A DNA stretch of 17,144 bases from Gemmatimonadota bacterium. GTDB lineage: Bacteria; Gemmatimonadota; Gemmatimonadetes; Gemmatimonadales; GWC2-71-9. The translations under genes and the position numbers were made by a program. Location of the stretch: the NCBI GenBank assembly GCA_036679605.1, contig JAZDCZ010000083.1:1-17144 (forward strand). The letters run 5' to 3'. The notes beneath the pieces were generated by a model. It had not been told where the DNA came from and made no database searches. It saw only the letters and a list, made by a program, of their open reading frames with translations. Below, piece by piece: positions 8,797 to 16,794 of the stretch; the first letter of the stretch is position 1, and every line of letters begins with the position of its first letter.

Positions 8797-11065
8797 GCGT
8801 TACCTCGCGTGTTAGTGCCACGAGATTCCGTCCGTTTCCGTTATCGCCTACTCCCACATCGCGAGACAAGGCGACAAGGGCACCATTGCATGATGAACCG
8901 GCCCCGGCCGTGCAACCGAAGCAGTGGGCGACCGTGTTGATCGCCCTATTTTGGAGTACCGAAGCGTCAAGATCACGGATGTGAGCGGGTAGGCCAGAGG
9001 TAAGTGGGATGTCCATGACTTGATTGAAATCGCAGTCGTAAAGGCGTCCATCGTATCCCACCGATAGGGTTCGCCGGCACATCAATCCGTCCACTGTATT
9101 TGGATTGAACGCGCTAACCAGTCGATCCATATACACTGACCACAGGCCTTGGCGTTTCAAGTCGTGTTCAAAGCGGTTGATGGGCATGTTGTTCATGGCA
9201 AAAAGCCGATCAAAACGGACCCCGAAGCGATTGAATAATTCACGTTTGTAGTGTTGCTCCAAGTCGTGCTGCGGGGCACCGAGATCAATCCCGGCAGGGT
9301 TATGCACCAGGTTTAGTGTCAAGCCCATTTCAGGCATGGCATATCCCAGTTCGTTGAGTTTCTGCAGCGCGGCGATACTTTTGGTGAAGGTTCCGACTCC
9401 CCGTTGACGATCAGCGATGTCCGCCTCGTCGGATGGCAGCGAGGCAGAGATCTGGATACCGTGTTCAGCCAGGAACTCGGGCAGGTCTTCGTAGCCCGGC
9501 TCGAAGAGGATCGTCAAGTTGCAACGGTCCACGACTCGACAGCCCAGTCGAGATGCCTCGCGCGCCAGGTATCGAAAATGAGGATTCATCTCTGGAGCGC
9601 CGCCAGTAATGTCAAGCGTCTCGATGTCGAAGCGGCGCAGTGCGTCAAGTACGAGTTCCACGGTCTCTCGAGTCATTTCCTCGGTTCGATTGGGGCCTGC
9701 ATCGACATGGCAATGGTGGCAAGCCTGATTGCAGCGACGCCCCATGTTGACCATGAGCGTAGATAGAGCAAGGGCGCGAAGTTCTTTGGGCCGACGATTC
9801 ATCGCGTGCCCTGCAAAGCACCGGCCGCCAGTGTTCTCAAGCGCCTGGTACGGGAGTATCGATTCACCGCTAGCAGCACCAGCTAACTGTGATTCATCGA
9901 GATCGGTTGGCAGCTGCCGGTGTTCTGTTACGCAGGAAATATCGTTGCCACCGAACAGCCCCCCCAGTGCGCCCCAGAATTCCTCCAACCACTTTTCGCT
10001 CGCCATAGCAAGACCATCCTCAAGCTCGTGCAACCAGAATTGTGACCAAGCGTCTCGTCGCCACGAACGGTATATGGCTCTCGCGTCTTCACCGGCCTTT
10101 CCCGGTTGTGGAAGGGGCAAACCAAAGGCCACATCGCCTTTCATAAATTGTATTTCCGATTCGGGACCGGCGCAAAGGCAGTGTGCGATCGCCACAGTTC
10201 GCGATGGCACATGATAAGTAAACGCAACTGCGACGAGTGCTCCGGCCTGCACCAGAGATAGGTTGGTTGGAAAAATGACTTGGATGAAGTCGCCGTCCAA
10301 AACCTTGACTAGACGAGGCTGCTCGATGATGTCGAACCCTCCGCGCTGTGTGTAGGCAACTTCGACCAGCCATGCGTTACTGGAGAGAATGTCGGAAACG
10401 ATCGTGGTGTGCTTGGTGTTGAGCGGCGAGCCTTGATGTGAAAGTGTTGAAACAACCGCCCTGCGTGGCAAGGATGGATCCGGGTCATCGAAAAAGGGAC
10501 TGCCCCATTTACACTGGCTGCATCCGCAGCAGAAGTAGAGTCGTTTCAGCGCCCAGTAGTAGCCTTCGCGCCAACGACGCCCGGCCTCCTGCTCCCCCAA
10601 GCGGGGGAGTTCTTCAACAAATCGATCCCAGAGTGCCTGTTTGTGTTGAGCTATCCGTCGGTTGGCGCGATCGCCGTCGGCGTCAGCCTGGGGCTTGGGT
10701 GCGGACATCGGTCCGTCGAGATGTCGAACCAGCGGGTTGACGCCGGGACCAGCGTGCATCGAGTGAGCGTACAGGGTTTGATCTGTCACTCGATCAAACA
10801 GGCAAACCACCGACACGATGGCGCCGTCAACAATCGGGCCACCTGTCACTGGGAACATCAAACGGACCAAGGAATCGGAGAGGTCTTTGTATACGATCGG
10901 TCGTGGTTCAACGCTTAGTCCTTTGCCGTCGAAGACGAAACGTAGCGCCCGTATCGGCTGACTATCGAGTACAGAGCGCACGAGGACATCGGACACTTCC
11001 GGTCGCCGCGTGTGACTTTGCGGATACATCGTGAGCGTAATGTCTTCATATGCGCGGTGCATCAT
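8786..11065 (-). CDS. arsS: ArsS-type radical SAM protein (rSAM + DUF3641 Cys-rich tail) with a ~400 aa N-terminal extension of two tandem unknown domains
   Basis: CNQACHHCHVDAGP (9733-9710), LDITGGAPEMNP, DRCNLTIL, LMCRRTLSVGYDGRLYDCDFNQ and HCFGCTAGAGSSCNG are characteristic of the ArsS family. ATG at 11065 has a GGAG SD. The symbol applies to the C-terminal domain only. Confidence 0.85.
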   Translation of the reverse strand: MMHRAYEDITLTMYPQSHTRRPEVSDVLVRSVLDSQPIRALRFVFDGKGLSVEPRPIVYKDLSDSLVRLMFPVTGGPIVDGAIVSVVCLFDRVTDQTLYAHSMHAGPGVNPLVRHLDGPMSAPKPQADADGDRANRRIAQHKQALWDRFVEELPRLGEQEAGRRWREGYYWALKRLYFCCGCSQCKWGSPFFDDPDPSLPRRAVVSTLSHQGSPLNTKHTTIVSDILSSNAWLVEVAYTQRGGFDIIEQPRLVKVLDGDFIQVIFPTNLSLVQAGALVAVAFTYHVPSRTVAIAHCLCAGPESEIQFMKGDVAFGLPLPQPGKAGEDARAIYRSWRRDAWSQFWLHELEDGLAMASEKWLEEFWGALGGLFGGNDISCVTEHRQLPTDLDESQLAGAASGESILPYQALENTGGRCFAGHAMNRRPKELRALALSTLMVNMGRRCNQACHHCHVDAGPNRTEEMTRETVELVLDALRRFDIETLDITGGAPEMNPHFRYLAREASRLGCRVVDRCNLTILFEPGYEDLPEFLAEHGIQISASLPSDEADIADRQRGVGTFTKSIAALQKLNELGYAMPEMGLTLNLVHNPAGIDLGAPQHDLEQHYKRELFNRFGVRFDRLFAMNNMPINRFEHDLKRQGLWSVYMDRLVSAFNPNTVDGLMCRRTLSVGYDGRLYDCDFNQVMDIPLTSGLPAHIRDLDASVLQNRAINTVAHCFGCTAGAGSSCNGALVALSRDVGVGDNGNGRNLVALTREVTHDT

Positions 11066-11185
11066 TCTTAACTCTCCGGTCCATCGGGGAAAGCATATAT
11101 ATCGAGACTTTGTAGGCAAGCGATGACCAGCCAGATTTGTTCGCGTGCGAGTTGTTGCGAAAAAGTTGACGTGGCCGTCTTATTC

Positions 11186-11674
11186 TTACGTCTCATGGGC
11201 ACGTTCCAATCTCTGGTTGATGTCGCTTTGCGGCGCGGAGGAGGATACGAGTTCACATGCCGCCAAGTATTCGGTTGCGAATTCGGGCGGAAACACTTCG
11301 AGTAGGTATTCGTTTTCGATCCAGACCTCGATCACGCGGAAGACGCGCCTGCGATGGATTTCAGCACGCCATCCGAAAGCGCGAGCGAGCTCCAACACAC
11401 GATCGGCGCTGGCGGATACTTGGATCGCCGTGTGTGAACCGGTGAATCTTCCGTACGAATCGCTGTCCAACAGCTCGCACGGTTTTCCCGGTTCGCCAGG
11501 GTGGATTTCGATCTCCTTTCGGTACAGTTCGATCAGCGATCCGGGTTCGCCGAAAGTCACGAAATAGCAGCCACGGTGGAGAAAATCGAAAGTCGCACCT
11601 TCGACGAGTTCGGCAAGCGCTCGTGCGACTCGCTTCGGTTCTCGAACTGGAATGGAAGTGTGGAGAATCCGCAT
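11186..11674 (-). CDS. VOC (glyoxalase/bleomycin-resistance fold) family protein
   Basis: Paired beta-alpha-beta-beta-beta pattern with candidate metal ligands: H in ILHTSI, E in LIELY, H in SHTAI, E in LLEVF; first gene of the operon. Confidence 0.65.
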   Translation of the reverse strand: MRILHTSIPVREPKRVARALAELVEGATFDFLHRGCYFVTFGEPGSLIELYRKEIEIHPGEPGKPCELLDSDSYGRFTGSHTAIQVSASADRVLELARAFGWRAEIHRRRVFRVIEVWIENEYLLEVFPPEFATEYLAACELVSSSAPQSDINQRLERAHET

Positions 11675-11785
11675 AGTGCGTATCTATCATTACCGCCGAT
11701 TAGCTCCGCCGGCCCGTTCAACTGAAAGCTCGGCTACCCCCGCGTCTCGGGCGTTTTGGGTGGCCGCACCCACGTTACACCAAAA

Positions 11786-11820
11786 CCGAATTTTCCGCGC
11801 CAAAGCTGCAATTTTTGCAG
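11786..11820. promoter_or_regulatory. Putative regulator binding sites in the divergent promoter region
   Basis: Perfect palindrome CTGCAA-TTT-TTGCAG (11806-11820) plus a degenerate copy CCGAATTTTCCGC (11786-11798) offset by 21 bp; a TATGAT -10-like box at 11849-11854 precedes the kinase. Confidence 0.5.
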
Positions 11821-11881
11821 TCAGCTACCTCCATCGGACGGGCGACGTTATGATGCAGGCGCGAACCCAACGGAGGCACCG

Positions 11882-13378
11882 ATGACCCTTGCGAAGAGGA
11901 TGACGCTCAAAACCTGTGTTCTAACAACGGCAATCGTCATCGTTGCCGTATCCGCTGCATGGGGCTTGCTGGCGGCGCGGAAGTCGGTGCGGATTGCGAG
12001 CGACGAGTATGCCGAGTTGCGCATGATCCTCAACCTTAACGAACATCTCATGACAGTAAGGGGCACGATCGAAGCCGGAGCAACCCTGGAAGGCGCGGAT
12101 GCCGAACTTTTAGAAGCCGTACGCGAATTGCGGAATCTCCTCGGTTTCCAGGACCAACAGCATAGGGATATCGCCCCTCACGAGGAGGAAGAGGGCAGGT
12201 ATCTACAAGCGCTGGAGTCGGATGTACGCAAAGTGGCGGCCTCGCTAACGACGCAATCCGGCGAAGTGGAGGTAGCCGCTGCTCTCGCCGGTCTCAAGGC
12301 GGCGCAGGCTCAGCTCAAGCACTTGGCAAACGAAATGGATGAGACGATAGCTCTTTCGCATCGAGCATCGAGCCGAACGCTCCAGGTAACATTGATCGTG
12401 TTGGTCCTCGTCTCATGTGCTATGATTCTGACGACCGTGCTGGTCAACATCGCGTTATACCGAAGCGTGGTAGTGCCGATACGACGCCTTCGTGACACGG
12501 TGAGGATGCTGGCATCGGGGCGGTTCGACAAGCGCCTTCCGCAAACCAATGATGATGAGTTTGGGCAGCTCGCCCGAGACTTCAATCAGATGGCGGCGGA
12601 GCTTGACGAACTCTATCACGACTTGGAGCAACGTGTTCGTGAAAAGAGTCGAGAACTCGTTCGTTCTGAGCGCCTCGCAGGCATTGGCTACCTCGCGGCT
12701 GGGGTCGCACATGAGATCAACAATCCACTCAGTATCATCTCGGGGCACGCCGAACTCACGCTGCGGCGAATCCGTAAGCCGACGGATGCACGCGAACAAG
12801 AGGTCACCGAACAGGCGCTCCGCATCATCCGCGACGAATCCTTCCGTTGTAAGGGAATCATCGAAAAGCTGTTGTCCTTGTCTTCCGGTGGAGACGCCGA
12901 ACGTACGCGAGTCCCCCTCGATCAGATCGTGGACGATGTCGCAACGATGCTGCGATCGTTGAAGCAGTACCGCGGTCGAAAAGTCACCGTCGAATTCGCT
13001 CCCGGCTCGGATGTATTGGGCAATGAAACGGAACTCAAGCAGGTTGTACTCAATCTTACCGTCAACGCCTTGGAGGCCGTTGAGCCTGATGTGGGCGAAG
13101 TGCAGCTCAAGGGTAAGCGGCACAACGGCACCGTAGAACTTATCGTCTCGGACAACGGCCACGGAATGACACACGAGACGCGAGAGCACGTATTCGATCC
13201 TTTCTTCACGCAACGAACAGGATCCAAGAGGCGCGGCTTCGGGCTAGGCCTGTCAATCACACACGCCATTGTTGAATCACACGGTGGCAGGATCACGGCC
13301 CAGAGCGATGGGCCCAATCAGGGGAGTCGCTTCATAGTCGAACTCCCAGTGTTTTCTGCGGAGGAAGACAAAGCATGA
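11882..13378 (+). CDS. Membrane sensor histidine kinase (TM-periplasmic-TM-HAMP-HisKA-HATPase)
   Basis: GGAGG SD before ATG 11882; HAMP (PIRRL...DEFGQLARDFNQM), H-box AHEINNPL, N-box QVVLNLTVNA, DNGHGM, FDPFFT, GLGLS. Confidence 0.95.
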   Translation: MTLAKRMTLKTCVLTTAIVIVAVSAAWGLLAARKSVRIASDEYAELRMILNLNEHLMTVRGTIEAGATLEGADAELLEAVRELRNLLGFQDQQHRDIAPHEEEEGRYLQALESDVRKVAASLTTQSGEVEVAAALAGLKAAQAQLKHLANEMDETIALSHRASSRTLQVTLIVLVLVSCAMILTTVLVNIALYRSVVVPIRRLRDTVRMLASGRFDKRLPQTNDDEFGQLARDFNQMAAELDELYHDLEQRVREKSRELVRSERLAGIGYLAAGVAHEINNPLSIISGHAELTLRRIRKPTDAREQEVTEQALRIIRDESFRCKGIIEKLLSLSSGGDAERTRVPLDQIVDDVATMLRSLKQYRGRKVTVEFAPGSDVLGNETELKQVVLNLTVNALEAVEPDVGEVQLKGKRHNGTVELIVSDNGHGMTHETREHVFDPFFTQRTGSKRRGFGLGLSITHAIVESHGGRITAQSDGPNQGSRFIVELPVFSAEEDKA

Positions 13379-14070
13379 CCAGATGCCTCAAGCCGACCGA
13401 GGAGACGACAGTGATGATCGTGGAGGATGAAGCACGCCTTCGCGATGTTCTCGTGTCCAGCGCTCAAGAGTGCGGATTCCGTGCGAAGGCGGTTCGTGCC
13501 GCAGAAGAGGCCATCGCGCAGATGGAACAGGATCCGTGTGACATCGTCATGCTTGATCTCAATCTCCCTTGCATGGACGGTCTGCGGTGCTTTGAAATCG
13601 TGCGTGAACGTTGGCCGGCAACATCTGCGATAATCCTTACCGGATTTGGAACCCTGGAGGCAGCGCAGCGGGCGATTCGCCTCGGCGTCGTGGAGTTTCT
13701 GACGAAACCGGCATCCCTCGGCGACATCGAACGGGCACTCCATCGAGCTTGGCGCATGCGGTTCGAGTTGTCGGAGGATCAAGTCGACGACATCCCGCCA
13801 ATCACAACGAATGAAGCCAGGGAAGCAGTCCAGCATGATTCACCACGCACGATGCACGAGATCGAGCGCGAAAGCATCACCGCAGCGTTGGACCGCCATG
13901 GAGGCAACCGGGAAGCGGCTGCAGCCGAGCTGGGTATGAGTACGCGCAAGCTCTATTATCGTTTGAGTGAACACAGGAGCATTGATGCACGCGGTGCAGG
14001 AGTGCCTGCGCCATCTTATTGCCCAGACATTACCCACAATCCGGTAAACGGCCCCACAGTGTCTGACTAA
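13375..14070 (+). CDS. Response regulator, REC + Fis-type HTH (no sigma54 AAA+ domain)
   Basis: VEDE, phosphoacceptor LDLNLP, LTGFG, FLTKP; HTH GGNREAAAAELGMSTRKLYYRL; ATGA overlap with the kinase. Confidence 0.93.
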   Translation: MTRCLKPTEETTVMIVEDEARLRDVLVSSAQECGFRAKAVRAAEEAIAQMEQDPCDIVMLDLNLPCMDGLRCFEIVRERWPATSAIILTGFGTLEAAQRAIRLGVVEFLTKPASLGDIERALHRAWRMRFELSEDQVDDIPPITTNEAREAVQHDSPRTMHEIERESITAALDRHGGNREAAAAELGMSTRKLYYRLSEHRSIDARGAGVPAPSYCPDITHNPVNGPTVSD

Positions 14071-14270
14071 CCGGCCCAATGATTTCCGTTGGATTGGGAA
14101 GCGTTGCCTGTGGCCTGCACTTCTTTATGACCGCGAATTGCTGGGCCAAAGTGACGGTTCCCGTAAGGTGACAATATTCGTCCAGCACCGATTCTCCCTA
14201 GTCCGCCGGTGGTGGTCAAGAACAGCATCGATCGGTATTGTGATTTGCCGACGCGTACGAATCCTCCCCC

Positions 14271-15314
14271 TCAACTCATCAGCCGCGATTCGACATCCTC
14301 GTACGACGGGCACTCGGCGTAGATTTTCTCGAAGTCCGCCCGGGCGCGGCGGCGATGGCCGAGAGATTCGTACACGAGGCCACGTTCGTAGCGCAGGGTC
14401 CGCAGCAGGTCGGCACTTCGCCCTCGCTTCCTGTGAAGAGCAAACGTCAACACATCCCTTGCAGCGGTATGCAACCCGAGTGCGCTCAGCGCTTTCGCCT
14501 TGTAGAGAAGTGTCGCCGCGTGAACATCAGATTCGTTCTTCACGTTCGCCGTCAGCGCCACAACTTGCTTGCAGGCTGGCTTGTCGCCGACGTCCTCCAC
14601 CAGAAGCTCAGCCAGAGAAAGGGTCACGAGCATGGCATCTGGATTTCTGCGACGAAGTTGCCTCAGGCAGTTGGCTGCATCTCGCCATCGGTGTTGCTGT
14701 TGGTGAACCTCGGCGAGAGCAAGTAGTACGCCCGAGATGTCCGCGTTGATGTCCGCCGAGACTTCGTCCGTGATCGTCAGAGTAGCTGCAGCTTCCACGC
14801 CGTACTTGGCAAAGAACTTACCGAGTGCACTTCGGCGCGACGCCGCCAATTTCAGATGGCCCTCGGCCGCGTCGAACTTGCCTCGTTTCAGCGCCAGCAT
14901 GCCGGCCATGAACGACGCATCCGCCAGGTTATTGGCTTGTTCGAAGTGGCGCATCGCCGCCGATTCCTTGCCGCGCACCAGCGCCCGCATACCATCGACG
15001 AAGTGTTCCTCTCTCTTGGGTGTGACGAGTCGCCGAAAGAATCCAAGGGTAAGTCGCTCGTTCGGCCTAGCCACTGACTCGCCCGTCGCCTGCGCGGCGC
15101 CCTTACCGGAGCCACGCTGCGAACGCCGGGATCCACCGCTCGTCGTCGTGTAGAACAGCCCGGTGCCGGGAATGCCAACGGTCCGCCTCACACCTCGCCG
15201 TCCGACGGTCACCTTGGCTCCGCGCGGCCCGAATGACAACGACGGTCCCGACTTGCTAAGGTTCAGCGTCAGCCCTGGGAGGATCTTCATTCGTCGAAAA
15301 AAACGGAATCCCAT
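14271..15314 (-). CDS. DUF4236 domain + TPR-repeat protein
   Basis: MGFRFFRRMKILPGLTLNLSKSGPSLSFGPRGAKVTVG...GIPGTGLFY is the DUF4236 pattern; the rest is helical and TPR-like (YERGLVYESLG..ARADFEKIY). Start set at ATG 15314. Confidence 0.85.
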   Translation of the reverse strand: MGFRFFRRMKILPGLTLNLSKSGPSLSFGPRGAKVTVGRRGVRRTVGIPGTGLFYTTTSGGSRRSQRGSGKGAAQATGESVARPNERLTLGFFRRLVTPKREEHFVDGMRALVRGKESAAMRHFEQANNLADASFMAGMLALKRGKFDAAEGHLKLAASRRSALGKFFAKYGVEAAATLTITDEVSADINADISGVLLALAEVHQQQHRWRDAANCLRQLRRRNPDAMLVTLSLAELLVEDVGDKPACKQVVALTANVKNESDVHAATLLYKAKALSALGLHTAARDVLTFALHRKRGRSADLLRTLRYERGLVYESLGHRRRARADFEKIYAECPSYEDVESRLMS

Positions 15315-15321
15315 GCAGGGC

Positions 15322-15330
15322 ATTATAACA
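15322..15330 (-). promoter_or_regulatory. Extended -10 promoter (TGtTATAAT) of the DUF4236 gene
   Basis: Minus strand reads TGTTATAAT-GCCCTGC-ATG; no SD sequence between the box and the ATG. Confidence 0.6.
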
Positions 15331-15663
15331 GGCGGTACGAAAATGCGGCAGGCAACAAGGCCACTAAAAGAAGAACACGGACAGCGTGAGCGGACGCACG
15401 TTCTGCTGAACAGGCCGTCGAGGCACGGGCCGGGGGACACATGCCAACATTCAAGGAAGAAGTCAGTTCCGGCGGGAAAGGGAACGGGACCGCAGTTGGT
15501 CGTCAGGGCCAGCGACCGGAGGAGCCAGCAGCGTTCGAGTGGGAAAGGCCGATGCGGCGGGAACCCCAGGGCAGACGACGGATTTACGGGATGAAGTGTC
15601 GGTTCCGCCTGCCCCTGCGAGGCGGTCTGTTCGTCATCCGTTAGGGCGATTCGACCCCAATCA

Positions 15664-15874
15664 GCCAGGGACTAGCCAGGAAATGTTTTTGGTCGCCTGT
15701 AACCCCTTTGTTTACAATAACTTACGATGGAGGCGGGGGGGCGAAGCTCCATACCCGATTGCCGCAACCGCGATAAACGCTATGAAACAAGGGTTTTCTC
15801 ACATCCAAGGTGACATCCGATAACATGCAAAGACACCCATTAACACCCATATGCCAGGAGCCAGCCAGGAAGTG
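15664..15874. mobile_element. att-like recombination site: tmRNA/tRNA 3'-end core flanked by inverted and arm-type direct repeats
   Basis: Core 15728-15741 reads CCCCCCCGCCTCCA on the minus strand; imperfect IRs at 15701-15715 and 15783-15795; direct repeats GCCAGG-N5-GCCAGGAARTG at 15664-15685 and 15853-15874. Confidence 0.55.
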
Positions 15875-15992
15875 AACATCCATTGATAGGGGCAAATGCC
15901 CCGTCGGCCACGCGGTCTTCCGCGAGCCGTGAAACTGACGAACACCGACCTGCGCGCGGACAGGATCTTCGGCCACGGCACAGCCCCCGACG

Positions 15993-16685
15993 ATGACTGA
16001 TGGTACTGGCAGCACGAGCTTTCCGGTCAATGTGTGGACCCCGTGGGAATCGCCTGCAGTTTGGCCTAAAGAGAGCCTTGCACATGTGCCGCCGTCTCCA
16101 GGCATCTGCACAGTCCGCCGAGTGGATCCCAATGGCGATCCGGTGCGACTGCCTGTGATATTGGCGGATCCAAGCGTGCAAGCGACTCCCGTTGACCTAG
16201 CAAAGCGAGCCGAGGGTTGGCAGGGCGTTGTCTATGTGGGAAAGGCGGTTGACGTACAGAACCGCTTTGCCCTACTGGTCAATAGCTGGGTGCCAAATCC
16301 TCCGTCAAAACCACATACATCACGCGAAAACTGGGACCAAAAGGACGCGGCATTTCGGGCGCAATATCCTCCGGATGAGATGCAGGTGCGTTTCAAGCGT
16401 ATGAGCAACAAAGACTGGGCGGTGAGCACTCTTCGGAAAGCCTATCGACCGTACGCGGAGTCGCAGGCTGGAGAGCCAGGCTGGCCCTACGCCAACACCA
16501 ACGAGGCGCTCGATGACATCGACAGTTGGTTCAAGGCGTAGTACCCCCATTGGACAAAACTGCACGGCAACAGCAAGGACGACATCAACGTCGCGTCCAC
16601 CATCGAGGAAGAACAGAAGGAACTGGGGAAGGTAAGGGACTGCTTCGGGTCTTTTCCGGTTCTTAACAAGGACGTGCCCAAGTGA
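15993..16685 (+). pseudogene. GIY-YIG-like nuclease gene interrupted by an in-frame TAG at 16539-16541
   Basis: PGICTV (GIY-like), VVYVGKA..VQNRF; the same frame stays open for 47 codons after the TAG and supplies EEEQKE...FGSFPVLNK (conserved Glu and PxLN) up to TGA 16683-16685. Confidence 0.6.
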
Positions 16686-16794
16686 TCCGCAGGCAGGGCA
16701 ATGACGAACCGACCGCCATTTGCGGTCCCGGTTGGCAATACCGTGTTCATCTCGAAGAGCGAGAAGGTGGCGTTCTCCGGTTTCCGCGTTTACC

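Noticed and set aside
8786..11065. Selenocysteine recoding in the ArsS-like gene
   Set aside because: The ORF has no internal TGA, and the C-terminal GSSC Cys is encoded by TGC.
11186..11674. Calling the VOC protein ArsI (C-As lyase)
   Set aside because: It lacks the vicinal Cys-Cys arsenic-binding pair and other ArsI-like motifs.
11785..11803. Sigma54 promoter (TGGCGCG... on the minus strand)
   Set aside because: No TTGC -12 element at the required spacing, and the adjacent regulator has no AAA+ domain.
12455..13836. Long antisense ORFs (252 aa, 172 aa) and other short overlapping ORFs in the track
   Set aside because: They are shadows of well-supported genes on the opposite strand and have no recognisable motifs.
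14075..14098. Terminator after the response regulator (CCCAAT/ATTGGG)
   Set aside because: Short stem, long loop and no U-tract.
14030..14190. Short minus-strand ORF starting VLDEYCHLTG, faintly like an integrase-type transposase N-terminus
   Set aside because: The similarity covers only a few residues, with an in-frame stop just upstream and no further motifs.
15441..15644. 67 aa plus-strand ORF upstream of the att-like site
   Set aside because: No recognisable motif, and overlapping ORFs of similar length occur in other frames, so it cannot be supported as a gene.
15700..15800. Complete tRNA or tmRNA gene
   Set aside because: Only a ~13-nt 3'-end-like core matches; there is no proper T-arm or cloverleaf.
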